Source: Octopus vulgaris
Taxonomy: Eukaryota
NCBI GenBank assembly: GCA_951406725.2
Contig: OX597830.1
Span: forward strand, 42,842,001 to 42,906,000
Length of the DNA: 64,000 nt
Direction of reading: 5' to 3'
Below the pieces are notes generated by a model. The model made no database searches, was not told the DNA's origin, and saw only the letters and a program-made list of their open reading frames with translations. Position numbers and translations under genes: made by a program. Of the stretch, positions 1-12,312 are shown one piece after another; the first letter of the stretch is position 1; each line of letters begins with the position of its first letter.

Positions 1-15
1 GTAACACTTTTGCAA

Positions 16-421
16 GGCACAGGAGTGGCTGTGTGGTAAGTAGCTTGCTTACCAACTACATGGTTCCGGGTTCATACCTACTGCGTGGCACTTTAGGCAA
101 GTGTCTTCTACTATAGCCTCGGGCTCACCAAAGCCTTGTGAGTGGATTTGGTAGATGGAAACTGAAAGAAGCCTGTCGTATATATGTATATATATATATA
201 TGTATGTGTGTGTATATGTTTGTGTGTCTGTGCTTGTCCCTCCAACATCGCTTGACAACCAATGGTGGTGTGTTCATGTCCCTGTAACTTAGTGGCTCGG
301 CAAAAGAGACCGATAGAATAAGTACTTGGCTTCCAAAGAATAAGTCCTGGGGTCGATTTGCTCGGCTAAAGGTGGTGCTCAAGTATGGCCACAGTCAAAT
401 GACTGAAACAAGTAAAAGAGT
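16..421 (+). mobile_element. tRNA-derived SINE, family 1 (full length)
   Basis: A-box-like TGGCTGTGTGG, B-box-like GGTTCATACC, central (TA/TG)n, AAGTAAAAGAG tail; close copies at 596-1635, 44152-44826 and 47122-47543. Confidence 0.85.
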
Positions 422-595
422 AATAAATGAATGACAAATTTGGATTCAGCATCAAAAGTTACATCTATATGATACAAGAAAAAATTTTTTTAAAGATAAT
501 TGTAAACAGTGACGAAAACCACAAAGATCCCTATTTTTATCCAGCAGCATAGTGATGAATTTTGAGCCAGTAGGTAAATAATTAAAAGGGATAAA

Positions 596-1359
596 CAGGA
601 GTGACTGTGTAGTACCGGGGTTTCCTGAAAATCCATCCAGGGCTTAAATTGGAAAATTCTATTTTACAAAACTATTTTTTGGCTTAAATAACCATCCACC
701 TATATTAAGCGCCCATGGGCAGTAATATGGAAATTTAATAGCACTCAATTTTTCACTAATGGTATATGATCATTCAATATATTTTGATGCATTTTCTTTC
801 GACTCCATTATTGGGAATAAAAATCCTTTGAATTTATCTACAGATGTATAGCAAATGAATGTCTAAATAGTGCAAACAAGAACACTAACTCTGTTTCAAC
901 TTTTAACCTCGAATAACTGCCCATCCAAATAAACGCCTATGAGCGATCTAATGGATGGGCGGATTTTCGGAAAAACCCAGTAAATAGCTTGCTTACCTAC
1001 GGCATGATTCCGGGTTCAGTTCCACTACATGGCACCTTGAGCAAGTGTCTTCTCCCATAGCCCCGGGCTGACCAAAGCCTTCAGTTGATTTGGTTGAAGG
1101 ATACTGAAAAGAAGCCTGTCATATATATATTAATAAATATCCTAGAAATAGCTATAAGACCTATCTATAAATGCTCTAATATCTACACAGCCTTGGTTTT
1201 TTGTCTTATTATGCAAAAAATTCGTATATACACATGCTGACATAGAACCAACATTGAACCCTTTATTTGCAATATTACCGAATGTGGAACTTAACTATGG
1301 TCTGTCTATAGCACTTATTCAGCATTACCTGACACCTTTGGGTCTCAATGACACCATTA

Positions 1360-1409
<50 letters not shown>

Positions 1410-1635
1410 GTATATGTTTGTGTGTCTGTGTTTGTCCCCACACCATCACTTGACAACCGATGTTGGTGTGTTTACATCCGCTGTAAATTAGTGGTTTGGC
1501 AAAAGTGACTGATAGAATAAGTACTAGGTTTACAAAGAATAAATCCTAGGATCAATTTGTTCAACTAAAGGCAGTGCTCCAGCTTGGCCACAGTCAAATT
1601 GACTGAAACAAATAAAAGAATAAAAGAAAGAAAAG
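596..1635 (+). mobile_element. SINE family 1 copy interrupted by two nested insertions
   Basis: SINE head CAGGAGTGACTGTGTAGTA resumes as TAAATAGCTTGCTTACC at 981; 3' half at about 1390-1635 matches 16-421. Confidence 0.8.
615..980. mobile_element. MITE (Tc1/mariner-pogo type, TA target duplication)
   Basis: Imperfect TIRs CCGGGGTTTCCTGAAAATCC / GGATTTTCGGAAAAACCCAG; TA at 613-614 and 981-982; splits a SINE head. Confidence 0.7.
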
Positions 1636-1887
1636 AATCCCTCAATTAAATGTCCATTAATGCTATATTATCTGAAGTAATGAATCCATGAAGATGACCA
1701 ACCCAATACCCACAGATACTATGGGCTACACTGTAATTATCCTAGGAATATGGGCTGTGATATTAAGAGGCATGTGATTTTGTGAAACATACGTAGCAAT
1801 GCCTTAAGTGTTTGTAAATTTCATCCAAGGTTTATTGTTATTATTATTTTGTGTGTATGTATGTATGTATATATATATATATATATA

Positions 1888-2075
1888 GGGAGAATTCACA
1901 CAAAAACGAAAAACAAAGACAGGTGGTGTAGACAACAAACAGATGTATTAGTTTAACGCTCGGGAAGTGAAAAAGTCTTTAACGTTTCGAGCCTGCACTC
2001 TTCCACAGAAAGGAACACAGAAAGAAGCAAGGAGAGAAAATGAATAATGTGTAGTGGCTAGCGATCTATCATGGC
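1888..2075 (-). mobile_element. Short (TA)n-inserted element with degenerate hammerhead-like motif (probable Penelope pLTR remnant)
   Basis: Homologous to 18268-18466; minus strand reads CTTTCTGTGGAAGAGTGCAGGCTCGAAACGTTAAAG. Confidence 0.5.
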
Positions 2076-2095
2076 AAATATGTATGTATGTATAC

Positions 2096-2132
<37 letters not shown>

Positions 2133-2133
2133 C

Positions 2134-2440
2134 TCATCATCATCATCGTCATCATCGTCATTGTCATCATCATTATCATCGTATAACATCCATTTTCAAT
2201 GCTGACTGGTTTGAATGAGGACTGGCCAGCCAGGAGGCAGCACCAGGCTCCAATCCAATCTGATCTGGCAATGTTTCTACAGCTTGATGCCCTTCCTAAC
2301 GCCAACCACTCTGAGAGTGTAGTGGATGTTTTTTATGCGCCAGTGGCATAGGAACCAGACAGGCAGTACTGGCATCAGCCACGTTTAGATGGGGGGTTTT
2401 ACATGCTCCCAGCACAGGAGCCAGTCAGGTCAGTGACACA
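2134..2440 (-). mobile_element. RTE LINE 3'-end fragment
   Basis: (CAT)n tail and GATGCCCTTCCTAACGCCAACCAC motif shared with all RTE 3' ends in the window. Confidence 0.75.
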
Positions 2441-2471
2441 GACATATACATGTATGTATATATACACATAT

Positions 2472-2512
<41 letters not shown>

Positions 2513-3290
2513 ATTAGTGTTATTAACAGAGTGAAATAATGGCAAATGGGAATGTTACCAATTGTTGTTGCTATTTAGGCTAATTCCCCTCACTGAGTAG
2601 ATCTATGATATGATCAAAAGCATTCTATCCATGACCATCCAATCATTTTTTGGCAACTGTTGTCTATTTAAAACCATAATATCTAATGTGCTGACGTTAA
2701 ATGACAACACTTTGGGATGAAGTCAGTTGTTTTTTAGCCTCAGCTCAGTTATAAATGGGCTGACCTATGACCTGATCAAAGATATCGGGTCATTCTGTAA
2801 TTTATTTAGATGTTTATTTTTGTAGGAGTACATTGCTGTGTTCTTTTCCTTAAATGGTTGGGTTTGACCTGAGAGAGATTTGACTACTATTTCTAGCTGG
2901 TTGAGTGACTGCATAACAGCTCTCTTGGAATGGAACCAGTTTCTGTACAGAAAAATGTTGGTATTCAAGAACAAGAAGAAACAATAATTCTCACAATGAG
3001 TAGTTTTAAGGTTGTTTTATAATTCTTCTAACGTGTAAGAAGATCAAAATATTTACTCTTTTAATGTCTGCAATTAAAAGAGAAAGAAAAATATCAAAGT
3101 TACTGATCAGTCCTATTAATCCAAACAACAACAACAACAGCAACAAAAAGTTTAGTAAACTAACTTTAGACTTTAATTATGGGGAAAGAACTTTATTTTT
3201 ATTTATTTGGTTTTGTTGTAGTTGTTGTTCCACATCTGTGTTAGCATTTTTTGATGTAGTTTTTATTACAACAATTATTTTCACCCCTAG

Positions 3291-3451
3291 ATGCCTATTC
3301 TGTGATGTATAAAGCAGTTTCAGAAATTGTTGTCAACTGGGAAAAGAGAGTTATAAAGCTTGCTCAAGAATACAACCATCACAGTTGTTGGATATTCCAT
3401 AAAGAATTTACATGTTTCTCAATGAATTACCAGCTCAGACTTTGGATGTAA
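3291..3451 (+). CDS. Candidate coding exon (upstream SNX exon or last exon of another gene)
   Basis: Acceptor TTATTTTCACCCCTAG; one open frame AYSVMYKAVSEIVVNWEKRVIKLAQEYNHHSCWIFHKEFTCFSMNYQLRLWM*; weak GTAAAA donor at 3448; AATAAA at 3662 and 3671. Confidence 0.35.
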
Positions 3452-4373
3452 AATGATATTAGATATGATAGGCATTAATGCAAAACAGAAAAACAACACT
3501 GAGCTCACCATTAGAGTTTTTACTTCTCTTTTTTTCTGTCTCAAATTCATGCTTATAATGTTTTATATCCTATTACATGTTTCTGGTGCATCAAGTATAT
3601 TTCTTTTCTTGCTCATAACTACTAGTTTTCTGTTGGAACAATTAATGAATTGATCTTATGTAATAAAGTCAATAAAACCTTTCAAAAAGGACTCATATTC
3701 CTGGTGTCAGTTTATTCCTAATGGTGTAATCAAATATTGTTCTTTGATACACAGACATTACTAAGGCTTGCTTGTTATTCTTCATCCTTTGCTTTTATTT
3801 TGATTGGTACATGTGAATAGAAGTAACATTTGTATACTGTAAATATTACTTATGTAAAACCTTCGCTCCTTATGCAGCAAAGGCCATCAATGACATTTCT
3901 CCAATCTTCTTGACTCTAGGCTGTCTTTCTCTCTCCCTGGTCTTCTTTGGTTTTGGTTTGTCATTGATGCTTCTGTGACTTGGCATTTTTTTAGGTAAAG
4001 GTGTCAGCCTCAAGCAGACCCATTTTTACCTTTGGGAAGAAGTGCTCTATATTAGTCTGGGCCCTATCCTTTGATCTATCCAGCATGGAAAGCCCTGCCA
4101 GGAGTTTTGATCTGCTCACATAGCTCAGGGTCATTGAAGCATGCAAGTCACTATGCAACAACAAGAATAGATGGATAGTATAAGTGTGCAGTAATATGTT
4201 TATGTGGGACATGTGTAACATGTTTATATGGTATACACACACTCACACTACACAAGCAAGACATGGTTGTATGCTCAAGAAGTTCACTTTGCAATCACAT
4301 GCTTCTGCATGCATTCCCACTTCACAACATCTTTTGTCAGTACCTTCCACTAAAATATCAGGTTGAGTAATAC

Positions 4374-4749
4374 CAAAGGTGGGTACCATTAATTGAAAAG
4401 TTAACTTTGTTGACCATTAATCCATCAACCAAAGAATTAACTTCAATAATCGTTAATCAGTTAATTCTTTAAAAATGTAACGGGAATTATAGATAAACTG
4501 TTAACATTAATTTTTATAGAAAAAAAACAACAAAAAAATCAGTTTTTGCTCTAAAAACACATTTAAAAACTGCCAAAACTGTAAAATCCATTAACTTCAA
4601 CTGAATTGAAATTAACAGAGGCTAAATGTAATAGAGGTTAATCAGTCCAATAATGATTTCCAGGGTTAACAGAAAAGTTAAATTGGTAATGAAAATGTTA
4701 ACTTTGTTGATTAATGATTAACAGATTAATGGTTTGATGCCCAAGTTTG
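4374..4749. mobile_element. hAT-type MITE
   Basis: 8-bp target-site duplication AGTAATAC (4366-4373, 4750-4757); imperfect TIRs CAAAGGTGGG / CCCAAGTTTG; many subterminal GTTAAC/TTAAC motifs. Confidence 0.75.
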
Positions 4750-6139
4750 AGTAATACCTTACAAATGGAATATAGTTGATGAAAACTGTGCAGAATTTCA
4801 CCATATAATCTGTGTTGAAGTGTGTGTGTGTGTGTGTAAAACCATAAAAATAGTTCTTTTCAAGTAAAATCTCTTGAGATATTTGTTCTGCTCTGAGTTG
4901 CAGGCACTCCCTATTCAATCTTGTGATCAGATTGCAGTGGATTTGTCATTAAGCTCTTTGAAACTCAGTAACCAACAATTCACAAGTTTGTGATATAAAT
5001 AAGTTAACAAATATATCAGCAAAGACTCCCATCTATTACAGACATACATATTAATTAGAGGCAAGGAAAGAGCCTCTACATGGCCATCCATTCTGCTAGA
5101 AATAGCAGCTTAATTTCCTTTAAATCACCATGGCTGAACATTTTGTTATTGGACTTTCTGTTGTTGAACACACCAATTTATTTCTATTTAAATGAAAATA
5201 AAGTTAATACAAAATAAAGTTCTTGCTTTTTTTTTAAACAATTCAGTTTCATTTTAATAGGAAAATAATGTTTCTTTCACAAAGTAAAAATAAAAACCCA
5301 CAAAACCAAAATAACACTGACATTAATAAATCAATCTGACAAAATGTCATCCCCAAATCACATCCTAGTTTGTTAAAAAAGAGAGGAAAGATATATGAGA
5401 TAACGTGGTCTAAACACATTCTGTGTGGATAGAGAGAAAGGGTTCTTATTTACTGGAACCCATTTAATCACATGTCTGCTTAATTAGGTCTGACCTGGAC
5501 GTCAACAACAACCATGTATATGCTAACATATACATATATTATTACACACACTCACATTCATACACACACATACATACACTTGTACATAAATACACACATA
5601 TACAGCCACAGTTTCACACAAATGTTATCTTCCAAACATGCATTACATAAATGTTACAACACACACACACACAATTTGCACATGTTACTGTATGCACCAG
5701 CAAGAAAGGTTCTATATGGTTGTTCTCGCTGCTAGAAATAGCCACCAGGTTTCTCTAAAATCTCACCCTACTACCTTACAGAAAAAAGGTTATATTGGTT
5801 AATGTAGCCTGAGGTACACTATGCCAAGGTATTGGGAGTGGAGTGGAGTGGAGATGGAATGGTCATGGTAGGAATGACTTTAAGCCTTGATCTGCCAACA
5901 ACAGCAACAGCAAGATATTACAAGTACATATGAACCACACACACACATACAGAGTCACGTCTTCCATGCATGCATACACACATGTACTGCAAAAAACAGC
6001 TTACTGTATGCACACACACACACTCACAAATCTGCCTCATTGATGATGAATTAGCGAAATATATGTGTGTTGGACAAAATGCCTTGAGGTATGTTTTAAA
6101 TCACTGTGTTTTGAGTTCAAATCCAACTTGGCAGCTCTG

Positions 6140-6535
6140 AAGCATTTGTGAGATGTGGTGAGATGAAAACATCCTGACCTGTGGCAAAGCTCACACCAGC
6201 TTGAGTGTGAGACAGTTTTTCACCAAAAATGGCATGACCCCCCACTTACCCATCCTCCCTATTCACTGTGATTTCTTTTTGTTACCCTGAATGAAAAAAA
6301 TCCTTAAAGGAAAACGTTTTGTAGATGTGGAATAGGTGAAGAAAGAAATGACGGAGGCATTAAAAGGCATCAATTCATAAGAGTTCCAGGACTGCTTTGG
6401 ATAGTTGAAAACGTGTCTGGACCAATGCATTGCTTCTGATGGAGAATACTGAGAAGGTGATAAAAGTGTAAACGTGTAAAACAAAGTAAATAAAATCATA
6501 TTGCAAAATTCCAGTTTCTTTTTGGTTCCCCCTTA
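6140..6535 (+). mobile_element. Mariner transposase 3' remnant with right TIR
   Basis: Degenerate HPPYS..CDFFL..MKKILKGKRF..EFQDCF..LDQCIASDGEY; ends TTTTGGTTCCCCCTTATA. Confidence 0.75.
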
Positions 6536-6751
6536 TATATTGGGTTGGTGCATAATTATTGCGGGTTTTTTTCCAATAAATTTTATTCAACAAAAACAAT
6601 AACAACATGTAACAAAAAAATATTCAAATGATTATTTAAATGATTATTCTGGAGCATATTCATCATCCACTTCAATTACTGCTTTCCATTTGCTTGACAA
6701 ATGGTCAGACCATCATTTAAAGATGTTTTTGTTAAATATTGTTACTATTGT

Positions 6752-8899
6752 TACTACAGGGGTATCAAGCTACTAGATCAGGTAATGAAGGTAACGGAGA
6801 GGGTTATAGCCCAACAAATTAGAGAGAGAGTTAGCTTAGATCAGATGCAGTTTGGGTTCGTGCCAGGGAAAAGTACTACTGATGCTATTTTCCTTGTAAG
6901 ACAGCTGCAGGAGAAATACCTAGCCAAAGACAAACCCCTATACCTGGCTTTTGTTGATATGGAGAAAGCCTTCGACAGGGTCCCCCGATCCCTTATCTGG
7001 TGGTCAATGAGGAAACTAGGGATAGATGAATGGTTAGTGAGAGCTGTACAAGCCATGTACAGAGACGCAGCTAGTAAGGTGAGGGTCGGCACCGAGTACA
7101 GTGAAGAATTCAGGGTAGAGGTTGGGGTTCACCAAGGTTCAGTCCTCAGCCCCCTCCTATTTATCATAGTCCTCCAGGCAATAACGGAGGAATTCAAGAC
7201 TGGATGCCCCTGGGAGCTCCTCTATGCTGATGACCTTGCTCTAATTGCTGAGTCTCTATCAGAACTGGAGGAGAAGTTTCAGGTGTGGAAGCAAGGTTTA
7301 GAATCGAAGGGCCTTAGAATCAACCTAGCCAAAACCAAAGTCCTAATAAGTAGGAAGGTAGACCAATCACAAATGCCTTCAGGTAGATGGCCTTGCTCGA
7401 TCTGTAGAAAAGGCGTAGGTAGAAACTCTATAAGATGCACCAAATGTAAGTTATGGACACATAAGAGATGTAGTAATGTGAAAGGAAGACTAACTAGGAA
7501 AATAGTTTTTATCTGTGGTAGATGCTCAGGAGCAATAAACTCTGGAAATATGCAGAGACCAACTTCTATCACGTTTCAGGGAGAAAAACTAGAAGTAGTT
7601 GATAGTTTCCGCTACCTAGGTGACCAAGTCAGTAGTGGGGGCGGGTGTGCTGAAAGTATAACTGCTAGAGTAAGAATAGCCTGGGCAAAGTTTAGAGAGC
7701 TCTTACCCCTACTGGTGACAAAAGGCCTCTCGCTCAAAGTAAAAGGCAGACTGTATGATGCATGTGTACGTACAGCCATGCTACATGGTAGTGAAACTTG
7801 GGCTGTGACTGCTGAGGATTTACGTAAGCTCGCAAGAAATGAAGCTAGTATGCTCCGTTGGATGTGTAATGTCAGTGTTCATAGTCGACATAGTGTAAGT
7901 ACCTTGAGAGAAAAGTTGGGCCTAAGAGGCATCAGATGTTGTGTGCAAGAGAGACGTTTGCGCTGGTATGGTCATGTGGCGAGAATGGACGAAGATAGGT
8001 GTGTGAAAAAGTGCCACACCCTGGCAGTTGAGGGGACCTGTGGAAGAGGTAGACCCAGGAAAACCTGGGTCGAGGTGGTGAAGCACGACCTTCGAACTCT
8101 AGGTCTCACCAAGGAAATGACCAGAGACCGAGACCTGTGGAAGTATGCTGTGCGTGAGAAGACCCGGCAAGACCAGTGAGAACAATCGTCCGCTGCCAGC
8201 CTCGTCTGTCACCCGTGTCGATGATACGTAAAAGCACCATTCGCTCGTGGCCGTTTGCCAGCTCTGTCTGGCCCCCGTGTCGGTGGCACGTAAAAGCACC
8301 ATCCGTACGTGTTTGTTGCCAGCATCGGCTGGCCCCCGTGCCGGTGACACGTAAAAGCACCGTCCGTTCATGGCCGTTTGCCAGCTCTGTCTGGCCCCGT
8401 GCCGGTGACACGTAAAAGCACCATCCGCTCGTGTTCGTTGCCAGCCTCGGCTGGCCCCTGTGCCGGTGACATGTGAAAGCACCATCCGTTCGTGTTCGTT
8501 GCCAGCCTCGGCTGGCCCCCATGCCAGTGACACGTAAAAGCACCGTCCGTTCGTGGCCGTTTGCCAGCTCTGTCTGGCCCTGTGTCGGTGACACGTAAAA
8601 GCACCATCCGCTCGTGTTCGTTGCCAGCCTCGGCTGGCCCCGTGCCGGGGACACGTAAAAGCACCATCCATTCGTGGCCGTTGTGCCAGCTCTGTCTGGC
8701 ACCTGTGCAGGTGGCATGTAAAAAACACCCACTACACTCGCGGAATGGTTGGCGTTAGGAAGGGCATCCAGCCGTAGAAACACTGCCAAATCTGACTGCG
8801 CCTGATGAAGCCTTCCGGCTTCACAGACCCCAGTTAAACCGTCCAACCCATGCTAGCATGGAAAACGGATGCTAAATGATGATGATGATGATGATGATG
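6752..8899 (+). mobile_element. Young 5'-truncated RTE-clade LINE; uninterrupted RT ORF to 8179
   Basis: ORF 6701-8179 with QFGF, FVDMEKAFD, GVHQGSVLSPLLF, YADD and RTE C-terminus (RRLRWYGHV, RGRPRKTW); (GAT)n tail; 17-bp TSD GATGTTTTTGTT(A/G)AATA at 6722-6738 and 8896-8912. Confidence 0.95.
8185..8730 (+). repeat. About 61-bp tandem array (9 units) in RTE 3' UTR
   Basis: GTAAAAGCACC (with variants) recurs at about 8228, 8290, 8351, 8412, 8473, 8534, 8595, 8655, 8718. Confidence 0.9.
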
Positions 8900-8955
8900 T
8901 TTTTGTTGAATAAAATTTGTTGAAAAAAAAGCTGCAATAATTATGCACCAACCCA

Positions 8956-8990
<35 letters not shown>

Positions 8991-9411
8991 TACACACTCA
9001 CACTTGATGGGCTCCTTTCAGTTTCTGTCTGATTCTGGTCTGTCGGGGACTATAGTAGAAAACACTCAAGCTGTCACAATTGTATGTCTTCTGTAACAAA
9101 ACATCTGAGCTCATCCCTCTCAATAACAGGCATAAAGCAGCCTCCCACTAAGAGACTCCTCCTCCTCCTCCTCTGTTGTGAAAATTACTTGGCAACCCTC
9201 AGTCCTGTCAGTCTCAGCCAGCACTCTCTGTACAGTTGAGGGTGTTAGGAAACTGTGCCAAAGTAGACATTGGAGTTCAGTACTCTTCTCTGGCTTGCTG
9301 GATTCTGTCAAGCTACCCATGTCATCATGGAATGTGAACCTTAATGATAATGATGATGATGATATATGATTACATGCAATCAATGTCAGCCAAACCATTT
9401 AGTTTTTGGCC

Positions 9412-9592
9412 CTTGGTGAGCTGGCAGAATCGTTAGCATGCTGGGCAAAATTCCTTGCAGCATTTCATTCATCTTTACATTCTGAGTTCGAATTCAGCCA
9501 AGGATGTCTTGCATTCTTTTGGGGTAGAGCACTGGGCGGCGGGATGTAATCAACTTACCTCTTTCTTGAACTTGCTGGCCTTGTGCCAAAAT
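9412..9592 (+). mobile_element. SINE family 2 (Meta/MESC-domain-like), degraded
   Basis: GAGCTGGCAGAATCGTTAGCA head and TCTGAGTTCGAATTC B box; homologous to 44427-44665. Confidence 0.65.
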
Positions 9593-10312
9593 TTTTGGCA
9601 CAAGGCCAAATGTTCAGCCATGGTGATTTAAAGGAAATTTTTTCCACTGTTGCTAGTACACACAGGTCATTGTATCCCAAGGTAGATTATGACATAATAC
9701 AAAGAACAGTGCAATAATAAGAGAAAAGAAAATAGGTGTTGACTTGGTACTCCTTTATTTCAACTGCTACATAGGTTTCAATATCCAGCAGCACAAGACG
9801 TCACACAATAAATGCAATCAGTAGATGCATCCTCAAGGACCAGCATGGTGAATAGATATATTGTCAGGCTGTTATATAGGAAATACAGAAGTATGAGATC
9901 AGAAGCTAGCAAGTTTAAACACACCAGAGGCACAGGCAAGAGTGGGGTGAGGGTGGGAGAGAGAAGTAAGTTGGGAGACTGACCAACATTACCACAGGGT
10001 GAACTGATGTTTATAAGGGTAGGGGTTTGTCACTGGACAAAGAATGGGGGCTTAAGTTATTTTTACTTGACTTTATGAGAGGGGAGGGCTGAGCAGGGAT
10101 ATGTGTGTATGTGTGTGTATACATGTGTATATATTAATTTGTCTGTCTGTTTACCTGTCTGTTTGTATATCCGTCTGTCTGTAGATACACACACACACAT
10201 ACACACATATGCATGTGTGTGTGGGCGTGTGAATGTGCGTATGTATATGTGAGTGTGCATATGTCTATGCATGTGTGTGTGTGCATGTGTGTGTGTGTGT
10301 GTGTGCATGTGT

Positions 10313-10369
<57 letters not shown>

Positions 10370-10370
<1 letters not shown>

Positions 10371-11479
10371 AGGGTGCCTAAGGTATTTGAGGACATACCT
10401 TTTTTGGGTCATTGCTACATTTTTTGCTAACTCTGTATAATCTTTTTTTCAGAAAATAATAATGGCAGACCCTCAGCTTACTCAAGAAATAAAGAGGCAT
10501 GTTGTTATTGTGGTTAAAAAAGCTGAGCAATATCTCGATTCTTAGAATTTGCCAGATCTTTCATCTACAAAGTTTGCAAGGAGCTAGAGACTGAAGATGG
10601 AAATGTATCACCAGTAGCAAAGCATAAAAAGCATTCTAAATGCTCTGAAATCATCAGAACACCTGAATTTATGCAGCAAGTTCAACAGACCATTGATTAC
10701 AATCCCAGAAAGTACATGAGGTCAATTGCAAAAGATCTCCATGTATCAGAAAAAGCAAAAGAAAATCACAACAACAGATCTAAAACTGAAAAATCCAGCA
10801 GAAGAAAATTTGATTTGGCTTTTCTCAAACGAGATAAACTTCAATCAAGATTATAAAATTAAAAGAAGAAATGACAGATGGTAATGCTTCAGAAGTTCCG
10901 AGTCTTATGCATACAAAATTTCCTGCAACTGTCATGATTTTAGGGGTTGTCAGCAATGAAGGACATGTGATGCCTCCTTACTTCCATCCACAAGGCCTTA
11001 GAGTTAACTCTGCCACCTACATTGAGTCCTGGAAATGATTGTTAAGCCCTAGATAGACAGTGCATGCAATAGAAGGCCATATGTGTTTCAGTAAGACTCT
11101 GCACTATTACACAGGAATGGATGGCTGAAAATTTTAACGATCACATAACCCCTAACATTTGGCCTCCTAATTTGCCAGATCTCAATCCACTGGACTATTA
11201 AACGTGGAGTGTCATTGAAAGACACATGTCCATAGCACCAAAGATTCTTTGAAAGCTGCCATAGTCAGAGTAATGTCCAAAATGAACCAGGACCACTTGA
11301 TTCGAGCATGTAGATGATTTAGATCTCAAATAGAAGCAATTGTTGAAGCTGAAGGTAACTTTATTGAATAACATTATAGAAAAGGTTTATTTTTATCTTC
11401 ATAGTGGTTTTTGATAAATAAAGTTATTATCTGATTTTTTATAAACATAAATCTGTCCTCAAATATCTTATGCACCCTG
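10370..11479 (+). mobile_element. maT/DD37D-like Tc1-mariner transposon, degenerate
   Basis: TIRs CAGGGTGCCTAAGGTATTTGAGGACA / TGTCCTCAAATATCTTATGCACCCTG with TA flanks; transposase pieces KFPATVMILGVVSNEGHVMPP, YVFQ*DSA, WPPNLPDLNPLDY. Confidence 0.85.
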
Positions 11480-11739
11480 TATATATTAATCTGTTTGTCT
11501 ATCTGCTTGTCTGTTTGTATGTCTGTCTGTCTGTAGATACACACACAGACAAACACACACACACACACATGCATGTGTTTGTGTGTGTGAATGTGTGCAT
11601 GTGCATATGCATGCATATGTGTGTGTGCATGTGTATATGTGAGTTTGCACGAGTATGTGTGTGGGTATGTGTGCATATGTGTGTACATGTGTGTGTGTGT
11701 AAGTGTAAGTGTGCACGAGTGCGTGTGCGTGTGTGTGTG

Positions 11740-11778
<39 letters not shown>

Positions 11779-12258
11779 ATAGCCGTAGTTAAGAGCATGC
11801 TGCTGGCATACAACCAGAGATAAAGCATTTAATTTGCTGTAATCAAGTCTGAGTCTATTGGACTTTGTTCACAAATCACAGGCAAACCTAGGTGCAACAT
11901 CCAGACTTCTCACGACCAACTAACCGACAAACTCACTGATAAATCTAGATTGCAGGTCACACATAGATCTCTTACATTATATTATGGTTCCTCTCTCTTC
12001 TGCCAAAATGCCTCTGCTTTGAAATAAAATCAAAAATTAAGTTACAAAAGTGACGAGAAATATGGTAAAAATAAAAGCATGGCTTTCACCAGTAAATTTC
12101 AGTCTTTAGATTCTGTTTCTTTTTTCTATTTATTTATTTATTTATTTATTTATTCATTTATTTATTTACTTATTTTTTACTCATTTATGTACATATTTAT
12201 GTATATGTATGTGTATGTCTGTGAGTATATATATGTTTGTTTATTCATATATCCACAC

Positions 12259-12312
<54 letters not shown>

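Larger units (their letters stand above)
6540..8956. mobile_element. Mariner-type MITE split by an RTE insertion
   Basis: TIRs TTGGGTTGGTGCATAATTATTGC (6540) and GCAATAATTATGCACCAACCCAA (to 8956), each flanked by TA. Confidence 0.85.

Noticed and set aside
6701-6751. True N-terminus of the RTE protein (MVRPSFKDVFVKYCYYC)
   Set aside because: Derived from the host MITE, the TSD and junction bases; the element lacks its endonuclease half
8185-8730. CRISPR-like array
   Set aside because: Eukaryotic context, no cas genes, and the linkers are two recurring types rather than unique spacers
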